A stretch of DNA of 63,547 nt, filler included, from Hyphochytrium catenoides (lineage: Eukaryota > Protista > Hyphochytriomycota): the NCBI GenBank assembly GCA_900088475.1. It is 9 parts of 9 records of this genome, joined end to end, with 100 filler letters (N's around TTAATTAATTAA, not from the genome) between each part and the next. Parts side by side here need not be neighbours in the genome. Positions count along the whole stretch, not along the records: positions 53,093 to 62,253 come from FLMG01004080.1; positions 62,354 to 63,547 come from FLMG01001245.1; 7 more parts are not named here. One strand, given 5' to 3'. Shown one piece after another: positions 59,452 to 63,547 of the stretch. A model generated the notes under the pieces. The model ran no database searches, was not told the DNA's origin, and was given only the letters and a program-made list of their open reading frames with translations. Position 1 is the stretch's first letter. Every line of letters begins with the position of its first letter. The position numbers and the translations under genes are program-made.

Positions 59452-60206
59452 ATGGCTGAAGAGGTAATAGGCTTCTGGAGTAGAGGAACAAGGAGACCTG
59501 CTGCAGCGACAATGTTGCTGACAATGTGTTCTCTGTTTTGTGACGAGACCCCTTCTGCATTGCTGACAAGACTCGCCCCACTCTCTCTCAGGGCTTTCTC
59601 TCTGTTCCCATGAAGGGCATTAGTCCTACTTCGGCGTGCATTGCCTGGGATCAGTGCATTATATCTGCGAACACGAAACGGATTCCAGGCGCGAGAGGAG
59701 GAGGGAAGACGGCAGAGGAGATGGAACGGGAGATGCGCATGAGGCATGCATCTGGCTCGTTTACAACCATCGTTCCGCCCTCTAGGAAGTGGAGTGACGT
59801 GAGCAATGTTCTCAAAGAGAAGCTGGATTTGAAGTGTGACATTAAGGTAAGGCTCTGATCCGACCCCGTCTCTCTTTCTGTGGTGTTGTTCGGTCCCTCT
59901 TTGGAAAGGACAGCACTTCAGCTCAGCCTCTTTGGCCGGATTTAGTATCTCTCAACTCCAAAGCCACCTTCATTGTTCTCCGCGACCAGAGAACACGCTT
60001 CTCATGACCTGAGGTTGATGCAGGTTGCGATTTACGATTCATGGTCGCCTTTATTGCATAGCCCTAGATATTGGCTGCATCTCTTGAGCCCTTTTTGGTA
60101 TCTGACTTGCCATTTCATCGCTCAGACCTTGCGAATCCGGAAAATTGCCGCCTCCGAGTGCGCCGATGACGTCTGGATTGAAAAAGAAAGAGGAAGAAAG
60201 GACTGA
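59452..60206 (+). CDS. Small 3-exon hypothetical protein (~115 aa)
   Basis: MAEE|gtaata..ctctcag|GFLSVPMKGISPTSACIAWDQCIISANTKRIPG..KEKLDLKCDIK|gtaagg..cgctcag|TLRIRKIAASECADDVWIEKERGRKD*. All junctions are phase 0 and in frame. Confidence 0.6.
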
Positions 60207-60377
60207 ACATGACCTTCTTTTGACTGGCGACGTCGCTTGGTTTCTATTTATTTTTCTAAAGACACGTTCTGGTGAGGGGAAGAGTGGGAGTTCTGCTTCT
60301 CTTCCAGTGATAATAAATACGAGATCAGAACTGCAGAGCGATTCGCAGTCACGGAGACAGGAACCATTGGGAGACAT

Positions 60378-62253
60378 CTAAGGAATGCAATAGAAGAATG
60401 TTATCGGGAATCGATGATCTGCGCTCTTGGCAGTCCTTAGAAAACTCCGGGTGCATTCTGGCCACAGCTCTCGCATGTGAGGAAGGAGAGAAACCAACCG
60501 CTAGAGAGAGCAAAGAGTAACACCAGCAGGGACAGCAAGCAGTTTCGCTGTCGCCTCAACTGGCAGGATGAGCGCAAAAGATCAATGCATTAGCTCTACG
60601 GGGTGGAGAAGAAGATACTTCAACGGTCATTAAGGCCAATCCAGACAAGTCAAAGTTCCCTACCCGCTGAGCTTGTTTGGGAGTGGTGACGGAGAGTGGA
60701 GTGAGGGGTCTCTGCGTTCTATGTACGGATTCTCTCCTCTCCTTTTCGAGTCGGGCAGTAAACTCATTCTCCAGCTGTTGGCGCTGACGGTCAAGGTCTT
60801 CCAATCTCTACGCATGAAAGGTCGGCCAGCAGTGAAAATGATTAGAGGCGGCATGGTATCTAGAGTACAAAGATAGGAGACGCCAAGCATGTCCTGCCTT
60901 TACTTTGCGATTCCTCTTTCTCCCTCAACTTGTGTCGGAACAAAACCTGACCTTCGTGCGTTGTTCTTCTAGAGCCGCAGCCAGATGATGGGTGCGGTCT
61001 ACCTCCTCCTGAAGCTCGTGCTGAAGCTTATCGACCTGATTCTTAAGCTCAAGCAGAGCCTCCTGTGTGTCCTCTTCTTGTTTGTGTCCCCTCTCACGTT
61101 CAGACTGAACAGTTAAATCGAGATTAGATCTTACGTAGTGAAGGGATCAGGCTAGCCTGTAAGTTTGGAAGAAGGAGAAGACGGAACTACGAGGTTAATC
61201 TTGGAGTGATTACCTGCGGTCGAGGTTTTAGCAGCTTCTCTAGGTCCTCTAATCGCCTTTGAGCGCTTTCCTAAAGTTAATCAAGAACATAACAGATAGG
61301 ACCGCCACAGACACGAAGATCAGCTCGGCACAACTGGTTTACGAATAAAGGAGACTCAGGTTCAGAACCAGGTGGTAAGTGTGTGATGTCTCTCTTTGGG
61401 AGAGAGAGCGGAACGTATTATCCAAGGCGCACGTGCCACACAACGCCTCAAGCACAGCCAACATTGACAGCATTGGTATGGAAGGTCTCCTCCCAACATC
61501 GAGAGCTCATACACCTCGTCGTACAGCACTTTAAGCCCTATTCATGGACGCTCGCTTCCCCTACTGTTTCCTCTTTGCTTCACCTCCTTCCTCCCCCTGT
61601 GTTCACCACTCTACGAGAAACGACTAAGAAACTTACATGCTCATCGCGCAGTGCACTGTTCTCAGTGGCGAGCTCCTGATTGGTTTGCTAAGGAATAGGG
61701 ACCCCGAACGAGAGAAGGGAAGGGGAGAGAGTCACTTTGGAGTAAGAAACTTGGTTCGTCGCCGGCCGAGGGCTACAGGCATAGCTGAAAACAAGATGAA
61801 ACTTTTCGCAACACTCCTTCCCATCCTCTTCATACCTCCATCTCTAGCAGCCTTCTCTCCACAGCTTCAACTGCTTCACGGTCAATGAGATTCCGGGTCG
61901 TATCAAGAGCTTCCAAGACCTAGTAGAGACAATTGAAAGGAGGTGTAACGAACCAGACACTATTTTGGTGCCAATGATAATGTAACGTTCGAGTATGCCA
62001 CATCCACTCTTCTTTGTCTCGAGTAGCTGACGATAGTAACTCATCCGGACGAGGACATGAGATAGAAAAAACTTCTCCGACTAGAAAGGACAAGCGGCTA
62101 CCGAAGATGGGAGTAAGGTGCCAGGTCAAGAAGGAAGGTCATCAACAAAACCGAAAATGTCTTCTGTATCTGAAGCCTACCCGTTCCTCTCCCAATGCAG
62201 TGCCGAATCGTAGGAGTTCGTCCATGAGCTGCTTGATGGAAGGGCTTCCTCGA
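60378..62253 (-). CDS. 3' part of a coiled-coil protein (multi-exon, 5' truncated)
   Basis: Phase-0 exons: IKQLMDELLRFGTALGEER; VLEALDTTRNLIDREAVEAVERRLLEME; ELATENSALRDEH; QEALLELKNQVDKLQHELQEE..LEEQRTK; RLEDLDRQRQQLENEFTARLEKERR. The terminal exon is uncertain. Confidence 0.7.
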
Positions 62254-62353
62254 NNNNNNNNNNNNNNNNNNNNNNNNNNNNNNNNNNNNNNNNNNNNTTA
62301 ATTAATTAANNNNNNNNNNNNNNNNNNNNNNNNNNNNNNNNNNNNNNNNNNNN

Positions 62354-62622
62354 GAGAGTGACTACTGTACTACTGACAACGAACATTGTAGCACTCAACA
62401 TGGTCACTTGCTTGGTGCGTTCCGAAGGAAAAATGAACTTTGGGATCTCCTTCCTGGGACTGATCCCCCGGTAATCCCTGGGATATCATTTGGGTCGGGG
62501 TTGTCAGAGTTCTCCCCAAGCTCCTCAAAAATTTTAAGAATTTCAGGTTCGACCTTTCACAATAGGGAGCCGAGCTGTTGAGTGCTACATTGTTCGTTGT
62601 CAGTAGTACAGTAGTCACTCTC
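62354..62622. mobile_element. MITE-like or foldback element with 47-bp terminal inverted repeats
   Basis: 62354-62400 GAGAGTGACTACTGTACTACTGACAACGAACATTGTAGCACTCAACA is the reverse complement of 62576-62622 with one mismatch. The left flank (and any TSD) is lost at the contig start. Confidence 0.55.
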
Positions 62623-62745
62623 TATACACACCTAGCTCTCAGGGACATAGACGTTACGGATACACCTGTGTTATGGGAAAGAGGGATGTGAGAAGAATTT
62701 CCAGAAGAACACAGGAGCAGCAGAGGAGAGAGAGATGATGAGGGA

Positions 62746-63082
62746 AGCTGGGCCGAGCAAAAGATCTCGAGTCCAGACCAGGCTCTCAGGACTGAGTGAT
62801 CATTCAGGGAAATCTCCACACACATCAATACCAAGTCCCTTTGTTATCATCGCATCTAAATTGTGCTCATACAGAAGCTTCAGACATTGCCACCCATCTC
62901 TGTAAAGTTCATCAGCTGGGCCGAGCAAAAGATATCGAGTCCAGACCAGGCTCTCAGGACTGAGTGATCATTCAGAGAAATCTTCATCACACATCAAAAC
63001 CAAGTCCCTTTGTTATCGTTTCATCTAGATTGTGCTCATACAGAAGCTTCAGGCATTGCCACCCAGCTCTGTAAAGTTCATC
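62746..63082. repeat. Tandem duplication of a ~168-nt unit
   Basis: 62746-62913 and 62914-63082 align with scattered substitutions. Further repeats: 63085-63120 recurs at 63512-63547, and ~62543-62577 resembles 63481-63517. Confidence 0.92.
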
Positions 63083-63547
63083 ACGAGCTGCGGAGAGGTG
63101 TTGGAGTCTGAGGGCACAGCTATGTGGACTACAAGCTGGCAAGGTTAACTACCCAAGGTTCAGCTCCAAACTCCCAGTAGCTGCCGAGATATGAGGCACC
63201 CGGAATGCCCCTGTTTATATCTATGGCTTATGGTCAGTACCCCGGAATACCTTCAGGACTGACTGTTGTAGACAGGGATTTCTCTATGACTGAATATCTT
63301 AGGGTTTATTAGGAATAGTTGGCATAGTCAGAATAGCTCTAGATTATGGGATCCCGATTGGGCTTATTAGTAGAGCACTCTCATCTAATGACATTGTCCA
63401 ATCATCCCATACAAATCCACCAAAAATATCATACAGCACTGAGTCGCTCTCAGTAGACCCAGCGTGATCCGTGTTGAATGTTCAGCTTCGACCCTTTACA
63501 ATAGGGAGTTCGAGCTGCGGGGAGGTGTTGGAGTCTGAGGGCACAGC

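Overview
Eukaryotic, intron-rich genomic DNA in the standard genetic code with GT-AG introns and abundant (GA)n/(TC)n microsatellites. A stramenopile-like protist is inferred from the PXTM-type PLD; the taxon cannot be fixed from sequence alone. The window is not one locus: it is nine contigs joined by artificial 100-nt spacers (N44-TTAATTAATTAA-N44), so adjacency across spacers means nothing. Manually spliced genes: a ~11.8-kb transmembrane PX/PH phospholipase D with a glycosylated-looking luminal domain and an inserted DysF (dysferlin/Pex30-type) domain; a Spt7/SUPT7L-like histone-fold protein; a DNAJB12/14-like J protein; a TRAIP-like RING-H2 ligase; a Swf1/ZDHHC4-like DHHC palmitoyltransferase; Vps52; a partial TPR protein; an atypical P2C (Na,K-ATPase-like) pump with a rewired ion site (PQGL, AHLW, TGEP); PAT1; a small orphan gene; and a partial coiled-coil gene. 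The short contigs carry minisatellites, interstitial telomere repeats, an array of hairpin-plus-CTAG units, a 47-bp inverted-repeat element and a possible tandem phase-1 exon duplication. The best candidates for new biology are the receptor-like TM-PLD-DysF fusion and the non-canonical P2C pump. All exon boundaries and family calls come from reading by eye and remembered motifs; no database searches were run.
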